Under the pieces are notes generated by a model. The model did no database searches. It was not told the origin of the DNA and saw only the letters and a program-made list of their open reading frames with translations. From Octopus sinensis (taxonomy: Eukaryota), in NCBI RefSeq assembly GCF_006345805.1, contig NC_042997.1, positions 66,650,001 through 66,714,000 on the forward strand: DNA of 64,000 bases, written 5' to 3'. Below, piece after piece: positions 12,410 to 25,084 of the stretch (position 1 is its first letter; every line of letters starts with the position of its first letter). The position numbers and the translations under genes are program-made.

Positions 12410-12931
12410 TTTCTTTAAAAAACCTGTAGAGATGATCTTAACACATGATTTAAGCGCACTGCTAACACAGAAGTACATGGTATCTCTTATTATAAAAGGC
12501 AGATTTTATCTGCCTCCCTTTGGGAGTTATACAAATCTACAATATAGGATTTCTTCAATTACAATTTACCTAGAATTTTTAAGAGTACAATGCATCGCGT
12601 CATGCCAGGTCCAGTTTTTAAAATTTAAACTCCAATTAAGCAAAATTTACAGAAAACTCACATTCTGGTGTGTGTGTGTCAAATGCTTTTATTAGTCTGG
12701 TTTACACCACACGCAAATGCACACACACAGTGGGCAACGAATAAAATAGCGACAGTGATTTGAGGAAGACTAAAGTGAAAGTATTCTGTCTATGACGCTG
12801 ATAGATACATGAGTAAAATGTATGGGAAGCTAAGAGCTAAGAGTGAGTGAAAATGTTCTTGGAAGAGAGTAATTAGTAATAAAGTAAACATACACTCATA
12901 CATACATACATACATACATACATACATACAT

Positions 12932-12964
<33 letters not shown>

Positions 12965-13249
12965 TACCCACACACATACATACACACACACATACATACA
13001 TACACACATACATACATACATACATAATTACATACATACATATACATACATACATACACACACACATACACACACACACAGTATTGAAGCTTGAGAACAA
13101 TCAGATACATTTGCAACACATCTGTTGAAAATATTATTGTTCACACACATACATATACATATAACATACAGACAGACAGACAGATAGACACCACACACAC
13201 ACCCACACACATGATCCAGCATGGCCACAACCTCAAGGCTGAAACATAT

Positions 13250-13625
13250 AAAAATAACAGAATATAAATGTGTGCAAAGTACAAGAAATATTAATGCAGT
13301 ATATGGGGATTGGACAATAAGCGTAAGGCAGTGTCAATGGGGGTTCCAGAAATCCCGAGCCATAAACTACAGCCTAGAAGACGAGCCTCATCCTGAAAGA
13401 TCTGTAGAACTCGACAAGGACATCCTGAAAACCCTGGTGGAACAAAATATCATCGTAACTGTTGAGGAACTAGCAGAGAAGCTTGGATTTGGTCATTCAA
13501 CCATTCATTGACCCTGTGTGCTATCGGAAAAGTCAGCAAATTGGGTCAATGGGTTCCTCACGAACTTTCCGAGTCTAATTGCATGCAGAGAGTGAATGTA
13601 TGCTTTTCTTTGCTGTCATATCTCA
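13250..13625 (+). mobile_element. Mariner transposase N-terminal fragment inside Helitron unit 1 (duplicate at ~14975-15355)
   Basis: RNINAVYGD.TISVRQCQW.F...LEDEPHPERS...LAEKLGFGHSTIH...KLGQWVPHEL; same family as 35810-37026. Confidence 0.9.
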
Positions 13626-13645
13626 CCACTACTGCGCTATGTATA

Positions 13646-14278
13646 TCTATATATATAAAACTGTAGTTGTGTGAGTGTCTGTCCCCTTTGATTTAGATTC
13701 CTAACTACTCCCACATTTTGCGGTACAGTTTAACCAAATTCGGGTAGCTTATAGTCGTGATTCATATCGAGCCCGTCTGAATATTAGCGCGCGTCTACGA
13801 TGAGTCTACGATTTTAAAAATAATTTACATCATTTTTTATTCCATTTTAATGCATAATTTTTCTGTGTCGATGGCGGCGGAGTTGGCGTCCACTCACACC
13901 TGCACCTGTGGGGAAGGGAGTGTAAGGAAATCAACGTCGTAATGCGTTGTCAAGGAGACCAGTGTTCTTTTAGAACAACGACTTCATGGCTTGAAGACAC
14001 CAAAACAGAAATGGCTAAGAAAGCGTCTACATGAGTCTCTACGATTTAAAAAAAAATTTACCATCGTTTTTTTCCATTTTAATGCATTTTTTCGCTATTA
14101 TATAAGGGAAGTAACTCTCTAAAAATGTCTACGATGAGTCAACGATTTAAAAAAAAATTTACCATCATATTTTTTCCATTTTTAATGCATTTTTTGCTAT
14201 TTTTTTGCTATAACTCTCTAAAAATGCTTATATAGTTTTTCCCTTACAAACCCGAGCAACGCCGGGCGATACTGCTAG
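13646..14278 (+). mobile_element. Inner non-autonomous Helitron (duplicate at 15375-16009)
   Basis: A|TCTATATATATAAAACTG 5' end, GTGTCTGTC motif, three internal subrepeats (GTCTACGATGAGTC..ACGATTT..AAAA), 3' hairpin plus CTAG|T. Confidence 0.85.
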
Positions 14279-16009
14279 TCTCTTATTATAAAAGGCAGAT
14301 TTTATCTGCCTCCCTTTGGGAGTTATACAAATCTACAATATAGAATTTCTTCAATTACAATTTACCTAGCATTTTTAAGAGTACAATGCATCGCGTCATG
14401 CCAGGTCCAGTTTTTAAAATTTAAACTCCAATTAAGCAAAATTTACAGAAAACTCACATTCTGGTGTGTGTGTCAAATGCTTTTATTAGTCTGGTTTACA
14501 CCACACGCAAACGCACACACACAGTGGGCAACGAATAAAATGAAAGTAAATAGCGACAGAGTGATTTGAGGAAGACTAAACTGAAAGTATTCTGTCTATG
14601 ACGCTGATAGATACATGAGTAAAATGTATGGGAAGCTAAGAGCTAAGAGTGAAAATAGCGAGAGAGAGAGTGATTTGAGGAAGACTTTCATTAAATAACC
14701 GTAGTGGCTTGTGTTAGTAATAAAGTAAACACACTCATACATACATACATACATACATACATACATACACACACACACATACATACACACACACATACAT
14801 ACACACACAGTATTGAAGCTTGAGAACAATCAGATACTTTGCAACACATCTGTTGAATATTATTGTTCACACACATACATATACATATATACATAGACAG
14901 ACAGACAGATAGACACACACACACACACACACACACACATGATCCAGCATGGCCACAACCAAGGCTGAAACATATAAAAGAATAACAGAATATAAATGTG
15001 TGCAAAGTACAAGAAATATTAATGCAGTATATGGGGATTGGACAATAAGCGTAAGGCAGTGTCAATGGTGGTTCCAGAAATCCCGAGCCATAAACTACAG
15101 CCTAGAAGACGAGCCTCATCCTGAAAGATCTGTAGAACTCGACAAGGACATCCTGAAAACCCTGGTGGAACAAAATATCATCGTAACTGTTGAGGAACTA
15201 GCAGAGAAGCTTGGATTTGGTCATTCAACCATTCATTGACACCTGTGTGCTATCGGAAAAGTCAGCAAATTGGGTCAATGGGTTCCTCACGAACTTTCCG
15301 AGTCTAATTGCATGCAGAGAGTGAATGTATGCTTTTCTTTGCTGTCACATCTCACCACTACTGCGCTATGTATATCTATATATATAAAACTGTAGTTGTG
15401 TGAGTGTCTGTCCCCTTCGATTTAGATTCTTAACTACTCCCACATTTTGCGGTGCAGTTTAACCAAATTCGGGTAGCTTATAGTCGTGATTCATATCGAG
15501 CCCGTCTGAATATTAGCGCGCGTCTACGATGAGTCTACGATTTTAAAAATAATTTACATCATTTTTTATTCCATTTTAATGCATATTTTTCGTGTGTCGA
15601 TGGCGGCGGAGTTGGCGTCCACGCTCACACCTGCACCTGTGGGGAAGGGAGTGTAAGGAAATCAACGTCGTAATGCGTTGTCAAGGAGACCAGTGTTCTT
15701 TTAGAACAACGACTTCATGGCTTGAAGGCAACCAAACAGAAATGGCTAAGAAAGCGTCTACATGAGTCTACGATTTAAAAAAAAATTTACCATCGTTTTT
15801 TTCCCATTTTAATGCATTTTTTCGCTATTATATAAGGGAAGTAACTCTCTAAAAATGTCTACGATGAGTCAACGATTTAAAAAAAAATTTACCATCATAT
15901 TTTTTCCATTTTTAATGCATTTTTTGCTATTTTTTTGCTATAACTCTCTAAAAATGCTTATATAGTTATTTCCCTTACAAACCCGAGCAACGCCGGGCGA
16001 TACTGCTAG
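14279..16009 (+). mobile_element. Composite Helitron, unit 2 of the tandem dimer (1731 bp)
   Basis: Begins TCTCTTATTATAAAA directly after the CTAG of unit 1; ends CTAG at 16009 followed by T; near-identical to unit 1 apart from microsatellite lengths, scattered substitutions and indels. Confidence 0.8.
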
Positions 16010-16600
16010 TTGACTTATAAAAATGTTTAATATACTTTGTAGCATGTTATGTTTGCATAACAAAATACCGTGTGCCTACAAGGCATTAATCTTTGTCTAA
16101 TGAAGCAAGAAAGGAGCTTCTTAGTGCTCACTCAGCCTACTGGAAACAGCAACTAAACAACACTCAAACATCTTAAAAGTGAAGGGTATATTATAGCCTG
16201 GAAATACACTGTCTGGAAAAAAAAATGTCAAGATGATGCCAATGGATCCTTGATTAATAGATACCTCTGATCAAAGGTTTGCTTGTTTAAGAGCTAAACA
16301 CCAATAAAACACCTTACTCATCTGGCAATTCAGATATTCCAGCTTTCATGGGACGTTATGCATACTGCCATAAAAGCTAACACAAGAACTTCAGTGTAGT
16401 CAATCAAGCTACTTCACATACAAGCCAAAATTTCCTTAAATATCTTTATGACATTCTCCTGAAATATGAAACACATGGGAAAATATCTAAAGATAAATAT
16501 ATTGAGAATTGATGTTGTTTCGCTCCGGCTCAACACAGATCCACTTGACCAGCGGTTCTCAAACTTACTTTGATACAAAATTCATTCTTTTATCTTTCAC

Positions 16601-16814
16601 CTTTTACTTGTTTCAGTCATTAGACTGTGGCCATGCTGGGGCACCACCTTGAAGAATTTTTAGTTGAATGAATTGACTGCAGAACTTATTTTTCTTTAAG
16701 CCTGGTACTTAGTCTATTGATTCCTTTTGTTGAACTGCTAAGTTACAGGGACATAAATATACCAACACTTGTCAAGCGATGGTAGGGGACAAATACAGAA
16801 ACAATTACACATAC

Positions 16815-16870
<56 letters not shown>

Positions 16871-17018
16871 CAGGCTTCTTTCAGCTTCCATCTACCAAAT
16901 CCACTCAGAAGGCTGGTTATAGTAGAAGACACCTGCCCAAGGTACCATGCAGTAAGACTGAACTTGGAACCATGTGGTTGGGCAGCAAGCTTCTTACTAC
17001 ACAGCCACACCTGTGCCT
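16601..17018 (-). mobile_element. SINE family A copy
   Basis: Head, internal (TA)n and tail all recognisable. Confidence 0.8.
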
Positions 17019-17853
17019 TATATGGTTTTCTAAAAGTCATGAAAGACATACACCAATATATTATGGACAACTTTCATCCACTGCCAACCTTATCTTAATA
17101 AAACACTTAAATGAAATAAAACTTGTTTTAGCAAGAGAATTCATTCATATAAAAAATATATCTATATGAATAAAATTGGTCTGGTAAGATTGAAGTGTCA
17201 GTCTGCTACAGTCACTACACCCTCCTCCTTCCTCAAATAGCCCTACAAAGATTTTAGCCTCCCAATAAATAATAAATAAATGAAAAATATGACGCTGATT
17301 GTCTCCTGGTATCTGTGTGTGTGTGTGAAACAATAACTGAATGTGTACGTTGGAATCTGTATGTTTAACACACAGACTGCATGTACAATGTCTGTTGATA
17401 TCTGTGTGTGTGGTGGGGGGGGGGTGTTAGTTGTTATTTGTGTATGTTTGTGTAAAAATATAAAACTGATATCTGTGCACATGTGTGTGTGCTTATATAT
17501 GTATGCATGTGTGTATGTATAAAAGGAATAGACTGTGTGTGTACGTAACATGTGACTGTGTTTGAGTGTGTATGTGCATACGTCATTATCTGTGTATGTT
17601 AGTGTAACAACAGGTGATTATACAATTGTCAGCTGGTATCTACTGGTGTTTGGCTTAGAAGTTAGGGTATTCGGCTCACAATCGTGAGTTCAAAAACCAG
17701 CAGCACATTGTTATATGGTACTCCTCCAGTCCTCTCAGCTGGAAAAAGTGAGTTGTACCTGTAATTCAGAAGCCTTGTATATAATAATCTATTACTTTCA
17801 AAATGGTGAATGGTGTTTATTTTATAAAGTATATTCTTATTAAATTTCATTAA

Positions 17854-18474
17854 CCCTTCAGTATTTAAACCAGCCATATCTGGCTCAAATATTCTACCTG
17901 CTTTATGTTCAAACAGTCCAGATCTGTCTCTCACACTTACCCTACAATGTCATTCTAAAAATAAACAGTTACATCATAAAAATTTTGAAGCTATGAGATA
18001 ATACATGATTAATTCAAAATAATGTGAATAAATATAGGCACAGGCATGGCTGTGTAGTAAGAAGCTTGCTTCCCAACTACATGATTCTGGGTTCAGTCCC
18101 ACAGCATGGCACCTTGAGGAAGTATCTTCTACTATAGCCTTAGGCCAACCAAAGCCTTGTGAGTGGATTTGGTAGGCAGAAACTGAAAGAAGCACATCTT
18201 ATAGATGTATATACTTGTGTGTTTGTGTTTGTCCCCACCCCCACCCAATCGTCACTTGACAACTGATCTTGGTTCGTTTACATCCCTGTAACTTACCAGT
18301 TCAGCAAAAGAGATCAATAGAATAAGTACTAGGCTTACAAAGAGTAAGTCCTGGGTTCTATTTCTTTGACTAAAACCCCTTAAGGTGGTGCTCCAGTATG
18401 GCCACAGTCAAATGACTAAAACAAGTAAAAGAATAAGTATTACACTTGACAAGAGTAACCTAAAAGCTGAAGGG
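17854..18474 (+). mobile_element. piggyBac-like MITE with a nested family A SINE (18035-18437)
   Basis: TTAA|CCCTTCAG ... CTGAAGGG|TTAA termini; an uninterrupted opposite-strand relative lies at 21924-22114. Confidence 0.75.
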
Positions 18475-19371
18475 TTAAAGAACATCTTATTTCATGGAGC
18501 CCCAGAAATGTTTCATGAGATCTTTTATGAAACAATATACTGGACTTATGACCAAAGACATTCCAGCTATTGTTTATGGAGTTGGTTGTATTGGGTGTAA
18601 TAATCCTTCCTACAATAGGCTCAAGGCCTGAAATATTTTAGGGGAGCAGGCTAGTCAAATAGATCAAACCCAGTGCACAACTGGTACTCATTTCATTGAC
18701 CCCAAAAAGGTAAAAGGCAAAGTTGTTCTTGGGAAAACTCAGAATGTAAAGATGAATGAAATGCCACAAAGCATTTTGTCAAGAATGCTTACAGTTCTGC
18801 CTTTGGTAGATGTAATAATGACGACTTCTAACTTAGTAATATATTTCCCCACTAATAAATGAGAAGAAAGAATCCAAGATTATAAAAGTAAATGACCATT
18901 TAATTTGCAACTAAAATGTCAAGTGTCCATCAAATATATACACAAGTATTAAGACCCTAAAGGTCAAAAACTCAGATAATTGATTCATCAAAAATTCTGA
19001 GATAATATTTGAGTAAATAGTTATAACTATTCAAAAATTCCATATTAATTATTTGATATTAAAAAAAAAAGAAAAAGGATATTTAAAACAGGGGGGTAGA
19101 ATCCTACCTCAACCATTTGTTAATCCATACCTACATAAAACACTTATGTGCCTCATGTACTTCAAAACAAAATCAACCATGATACAAATGCAACTATTTT
19201 GCCAATTATAATTCAAGATTAGAGTAGTATTTCAAAATCCAATAAGTAGCTTAAGGGGGATTATATTGATTATGATTATTATTATTTTCATTTTTTATAT
19301 ATATTTGTATTTTTGTTTTTATTATATCTTATTTATCATATTATTATTATTATCATCATCATCACCATTGT

Positions 19372-19578
19372 TAAGGCAGTGAGCTGGCAGAATTGTTTGC
19401 AAACTTAGCAGCATTTCTTCCAGCTTTAAGTTCTGACTTCAAATTCTGCCGAGGTCAACTTTGCCTTTCATCCTTTTGGGGGTCAAGAAAATAAGTACCA
19501 GTTGAGCATTGGAGTCGATGTAATCAATTGGTCCCCTCCCCAACAATTTCAGGCCTTCTGAATATAGTAGAAAGAATC
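19372..19578 (+). mobile_element. tRNA-derived SINE, family B, with a Nin/Deu-like central domain
   Basis: GGCAGTGAGCTGGCAGAA head, GACTTCAAATTC B-box-like motif, GCCTTTCATCCTTTTGGGGGTCAAGAAAATAAGTACCAG resembling the Deu/Nin domain. Other copies near 4690, 5840, 18620, 24580, 51235, 58775, 61200. Confidence 0.65.
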
Positions 19579-21923
19579 ATCATCATTATTATTATTATCT
19601 ATTTTTTATTTACCAATTTATTTATTTATTTACCTGCAGCTTAAATAAAGTGAACAGACGACAGTATATAACTAGTATCCCATATCCCTATACACAAAAT
19701 ACTATTTGTTATGAAATAATAAGCACACATGGTTACCAGTCACTCTGAACACCTTTAGATTAACAATTGCAAAGAACAATTAAAATCTGGGAGACAATGA
19801 GTGCAAGGTTTAGCAGATTTGAGACATAGCGAGGGTGGTGCAAAAAGGAGAGAAAGATATGGGAGGAGACGAAAATGAATGAGCTGAGAGAAGATGGTAT
19901 ACAACTAGCTAGCTCAGGGGAACAGAGGCCAATATAGTAGCAACAGAATGGGCAAAGAGAGGTATCAGCACATATATGTCAGCCAGATATTGTAGAATGT
20001 TGGTGAGTGAATTTTTCTCAATCAGTCAGACAGCCTTCTTTTGGATATGTCTATCTACATCAAGATGAAAAATGTTCTGAACATATATCCTTTAGTATAT
20101 TTTCATAAAAACATGAGCAAGAAATGTATTCTAGAATCAATTAAATCAAATATAGTTCTTGGACAGGGATGAGGCCTAACTGAAGTGAAAAGAAAGAGTC
20201 AATTAATAGATGACTGAATTGATGAATATTATTAACAGCAATATGGTATCATCTTCTAAACATAAAAGTGTTGTAAAAAGCTGGCAGCATCCCCAAAAAA
20301 CTGAGATAACTAGGTCTCACTTTAATCTCTCTATAATGACATACCAAGACAGATGCAGTAGGCTGGATCTAGAAGGTGTTGACCTACCAGTTAAAGAATT
20401 CATTATCATTATTTTACATCTGCTTCTATGCTGGTATGGGCTGGATGAGAAATTACCAGCTCATATCCATCATTTGTTCCAGTCCATAAGGAATGCACAG
20501 TCACATGATTAAGGAAGCCTCTATATAGCTACAATAAAATGATGAAATGACTATGGCTACATCTTTGGACATAGATCTGCTTGATCTGGACTGGCCTGGA
20601 GTTAAACAAAATCATCAGCATTGACACTATTTCACTGACAGGTATTTTATCTGCTTATGGTACTAAGCTCAATGGTACAACTTCTCATAGGTATAGCATG
20701 AAGAATGATAAGCTCTAGTATGGTGTCTACCCCAAGATAAACTATTTGATAAATCTTCAGTAATGCTTCAACATGCCAGTAGATTATGACATTTTGATAC
20801 CATTTAATGACGTAAGTAAAACTTTTCTTAAAGAGATACGAAATTTAATATCAAAAGACATTGATAACAAAGAATTTAAAAACCACCACAAATATTGATA
20901 ATCATAAACACTAAAAACAAATCTTGGGAGAGTAAAAATATACATTATCAATAACATTCATTCTTCATGCTGGTAAAGATGGATAGGTCTACCATAGATA
21001 TTACTGCTACTTGTTCTCTTTTCACAGAAACCTGACCTGAAATTTTAACAACTAACCACCTCATCTCATGTCTTCTTCAATCTTTCTCTGCCTGAAGGAC
21101 TTTCCATGAACACACATTTCTTAACCCAGCCATCATATGACCATACTACCAGTCACCTTTCCTACATGCAGGTACATAATGACTTCAATATTCAGCTAGT
21201 GTCTACCAACAATGTCAGAAACATGATTTATTGGATTTGTAATACCCAACAAATCATGCTACCTTCATTTTTCCTTAATCTCAACAGATCTCCCACAATC
21301 AGTACCCTAGTCTCCTTATCAAACAGCAGACAGGCACAGATGTTAATGACATGATTAATGCTAATACACCTGATAACAGCAGATGTAGAATAACCCTAAA
21401 AGTTGTGCTATAAATAAAGTATTACATTTTGGAACATAATGGTCTAGATTAGAAAAAGTTATAATATTCTCTAGTTTAGTGTTCTGTTTTTACCAAGAAC
21501 AAAATATTAAGCAGTTGACAGTCCATCCCTTCAGTATCAGTAATAAACTAGGGCTCCATACATCCTTCTTATAATTACAAAGGCTTTGGTATTTAGATCA
21601 ACAAACATGTTCAATGCTGTGTTAGTTTATATACTAACAGCAGTAATGTAACAGAAAATAATTCTTCAATCTTTATCTAATCTATAAACAAGAACTTTTC
21701 TCTCTTCTTCAAAACCAACTTTGCCATAACTTTGCATTGCTTCCTAGATGTAATCTTTGCTACATTACAAGGATTTTTTTTTAAATTCCCAAATGCACAC
21801 ATACTTCTTTTTAGAAGTAATGTCTGTTAACCCTAATAAATTCTAATAAAGAAAACTCATAATTCAGGAATAACTAATCAAATAATTGGTGGTAACTCAC
21901 AAACTTAACATGCAAAACACTAA

Positions 21924-22114
21924 CTCTTTAGCATTCAGATTACTCTGTCAAATGTAATGCTTATATTTGTCCACATTGTTTTCAGTTAATCATGCATTAT
22001 CTCATGGCTTAGAATGACATTGTAAGGCTTGTGCAAGAGACTGGATCTGGCCAGTTTAAACATAAAACAGGTAGAATATTTTTGCTAGATAGGGCCAGTT
22101 TAAATGCTAAAGAG
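21924..22114 (-). mobile_element. piggyBac-like MITE, same family as 17854
   Basis: CTCTTTAGCATT ... AATGCTAAAGAG terminal inverted repeats; body aligns by eye with 17854-18030. Confidence 0.7.
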
Positions 22115-22182
22115 TTAGATGATATGCATTTTATTGATACAAGGATGGGGGCAAAAGACTTTGAAGTTAGAATTAAAGTTCT

Positions 22183-22636
22183 GCCACGTCCAGAGACGTG
22201 CAACCAAACACATACCCTCCATCAGACACCTACCATATTCTGAGCGCCTTGTTTCCCTGGGCATGGATTCACTGAAGCTCCGGCGTCTGGCGACAGACTT
22301 GGTAAACACCCACAAAGTTATCAACCACCTCACCAACAACAACACTGAACACCTTTTTGATCTCCATGTGTCTAACACACGTGACATGCCTACAAAGTCA
22401 GAAAACAACACAGCTCCCATGACTTTCGGAAACATTTTTTCACGCTCAGAGTTGCTGAAGCATGGAATAAACTGCCTGCGTCAGTTGTTGACTGCCATGA
22501 CACTGCATCCTTTAAGGCCCTCATGCTTTCCGAAATCCGCCAAAACTACACCTGATTATATATACACTTTAGATGAGTTGTAGTGCACCTGAGCACTGTA
22601 CACAATTATTATTATTATTATATTATTATATTATTT
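22183..22636 (+). mobile_element. CR1-type LINE 3' end, 5'-truncated
   Basis: VQRRATKHIPSIRHLPYSERL...SLKLRRLATDL, then frameshifted FRKHFFTLRVAEAWNKLP, then an (ATT)n tail. Confidence 0.85.
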
Positions 22637-23942
22637 AAATGCTGAATTATACTTGCTACAATTTATTATGTACTTGAAGAATATATATTACACATTCCAC
22701 ATTTGAGTAGAGTTAAGAAGGATATAAATATATGTTTGGGCCAATGAATGAATGAGTTACTACAATAATGGTAGAAGAGGTACTATGAGTGAAGTGGTAC
22801 AATGAGTGAAGTGGTACTATGAAATCAGGCCCTGTCACCAGACTTTAGCATGTTGGAGTGTTTCAAAATATTCTGAGTGGGCACTAATTTGTAATAATGC
22901 TGAAGTGGAGTTTTGAAATAAGTGAATCACTGAAAATCTAAGGGTGCACCATTGAATAGACAGGGAGAACAGTGCCCTCCAGTGTATCCCCCACTTAGCA
23001 ATGGCCATGTATGAGGTGATGGGAGAGGATATACACAATAAAGAATACACATGGTTCTCACAAGTGAGGTAACATAGGATCAAGATGCACTGGAAGTTAA
23101 GAAATTGCAGACCCATCTAACCTACATTAGCACAGAGAAAAAACCAAATATCACAGTAATAATGATAATGCCAATGTTATTGCTACTGTTGTTAGTCTAT
23201 GATCAAAAGCCTTCTAGTTGTGACCATCACATCTTTTAATCAAATACAGTGCATCCGAGACCAAATTACCAAAACCATTCTTCTTTAAGACAGAAGGGTG
23301 TGATTTGAGGGAGGTTTAGCTGCTTTCTATTGTAGCTCAGAAGACTGTGTAGAGTCTGTGTAGAGTCAGTAGTGATCGTCATATAATCATTATTGTAAGT
23401 TTCCCTCCCAATTCAAAGCTGAATAGATTTGTAACACTTTAGCTCTCATAAGGTCTATCTTAAGTGCATATATATATTTGGTCTATCTCCAAATTAAGTT
23501 AGACCAACAGCAAATAACCACATACTATACTCCCTATAATGCACATTTAGTTTCAGTTTAACTTCTGTATTTTCCCAGGCAATTAAATACACATCATAAT
23601 TAATTTTTCACTGCAGTTTTATCAGCCAAATCTTATCACATGTTCCGAATTCCACAAAATTTACATTCAAAGAAAGAATCATTTAATCATTTCAAAGGTT
23701 AAAAGTATTGCTACTGGTATATTCCTTTATCAAAGCATTGTATTCATGCAACACTAAAACAAAATTTTACATTCAACACAAGGCAAATATGACAATAAAA
23801 ACAATGCATTTTTATTGTGTGTGTGTGTGTGTGTGTGTACTTTTTTGGGGGGTTTTGTTTCAGACACATTTTTGTATCAGGGTAAGGATGAGAGGTGGAG
23901 GGAGAGTATTGTTAGGAATTTTAAAAATATGTTTCTACATAC

Positions 23943-24109
23943 GTCTGAATGGCATTCAAACCAGCAGCTTTCATTTTAGACAATCTGTCGTGCCAATAGT
24001 AGTTAGGTGTACGGAAGTAATGCATACTGCCAGACACATATCTAAATGGCTTGCCATCTTTAACAAAGGTGTTGTGCTCGTAATCGATTGTAAATGAACG
24101 ATTTGATGA
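23943..24109 (-). CDS. GLB1: Beta-galactosidase (GH35, GLB1-type) exon 2
   Basis: 167 nt, ttgtctcgttttag| ... |gtatgt. Translates [55 protein letters not shown](T), matching human GLB1 exon 2 (FEIDY...KDGQPFRYISGSIHY.R....[16 protein letters not shown]) including the phase-0 start and phase-2 end. Confidence 0.97.
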
Positions 24110-25084
24110 CTAAAACGAGACAAATAAATAAGAATAATCAGCATTTATTTAACGAACGGACTTAGAACAAGTTTTAGAAAATCAGGATTGGATTCACACT
24201 TAACAAATTGGATTATCTGTTCATTGTTTCGAGTTTTTCTTTGGTTATTTTCAGAAACAGTGTAACCCAAGAGTACATTATATAAAATGCCCTTTATTTA
24301 AAACAACAAAGGTGATTTGACTGTAATTCCTAGTACAATGTGTGTGTGTGTTCATGTGTGTATGCGTGCATATGTGCACACATGTGTGCATGTGTGTTAT
24401 TACCATTATTTAACATCATCTGTGTTTCAAGCTGACATGAGTTGGAAAGTTGAACAAGATCCTACAAGGCAGAGGAATGTATAATGCTCCAATGTCTGCT
24501 TAGGCATGGCTTCTTATTTTCATATTTAATGCATTTGTGTACATTTGGATGTAGAAAAACCTTTTGCAGTTGAAATATTGGTTTCAAATTTTGGCACAAG
24601 GCCAGCAATTCCAGGAAGTGGGCAAGTCAATCATATCGACCCCAGCACTCAACTGGTATTTATTTTATCCACCCCAAATGGATAAAAGGCAAAGTCGACC
24701 TCAGCAATATCTGAACTCAAAATGTAAAGACAGATTAAATGCCATTAAGCATTTGCCCAGTGTGATGAGGATTCTGTCAGATAGCCACCTTTTGCCATTG
24801 AAATATTCTCAAGAGAAATTATTCCTCATAGACAATACATGTGAAAACACACTGAGCTGTGAATGACATCCGTAGATCTTAGGATACATGTGTTTCTGCA
24901 TTATGGCACAACATATTAAAAATGACTGTATTTGTGCATTTTTTATTCAACACTGCTTTCTGCAACTCTAGTTTTGTTTATTCCAGCTTAACCATGCCTT
25001 ACACAATTCAGCAAATATACTATCTAATATTCTTATATATATAAACTATTGTTCTTATAGGACTGTGAAAGACAGATTCCGTAT

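Larger units (their letters stand above)
12483..14278 (+). mobile_element. Composite non-autonomous Helitron, unit 1 of a tandem dimer (1796 bp)
   Basis: Starts A|TCTCTTATTATAAAA; ends with hairpin CCCG-A-GC-AAC-GC-CGGG (14251-14266), an 8-nt spacer and CTAG (14275-14278). Confidence 0.75.

Noticed and set aside
12483-16009. Dimer as a pure haplotype or assembly artefact
   Set aside because: Not excluded, but disfavoured because both breakpoints fall exactly on Helitron termini with an A|T host site.
19634-19687. 54-nt minus-strand pseudo-exon (GYGILVIYCRLFTLFKLQ)
   Set aside because: Not GLB1-like and gives a stop after the phase-2 donor of exon 2.
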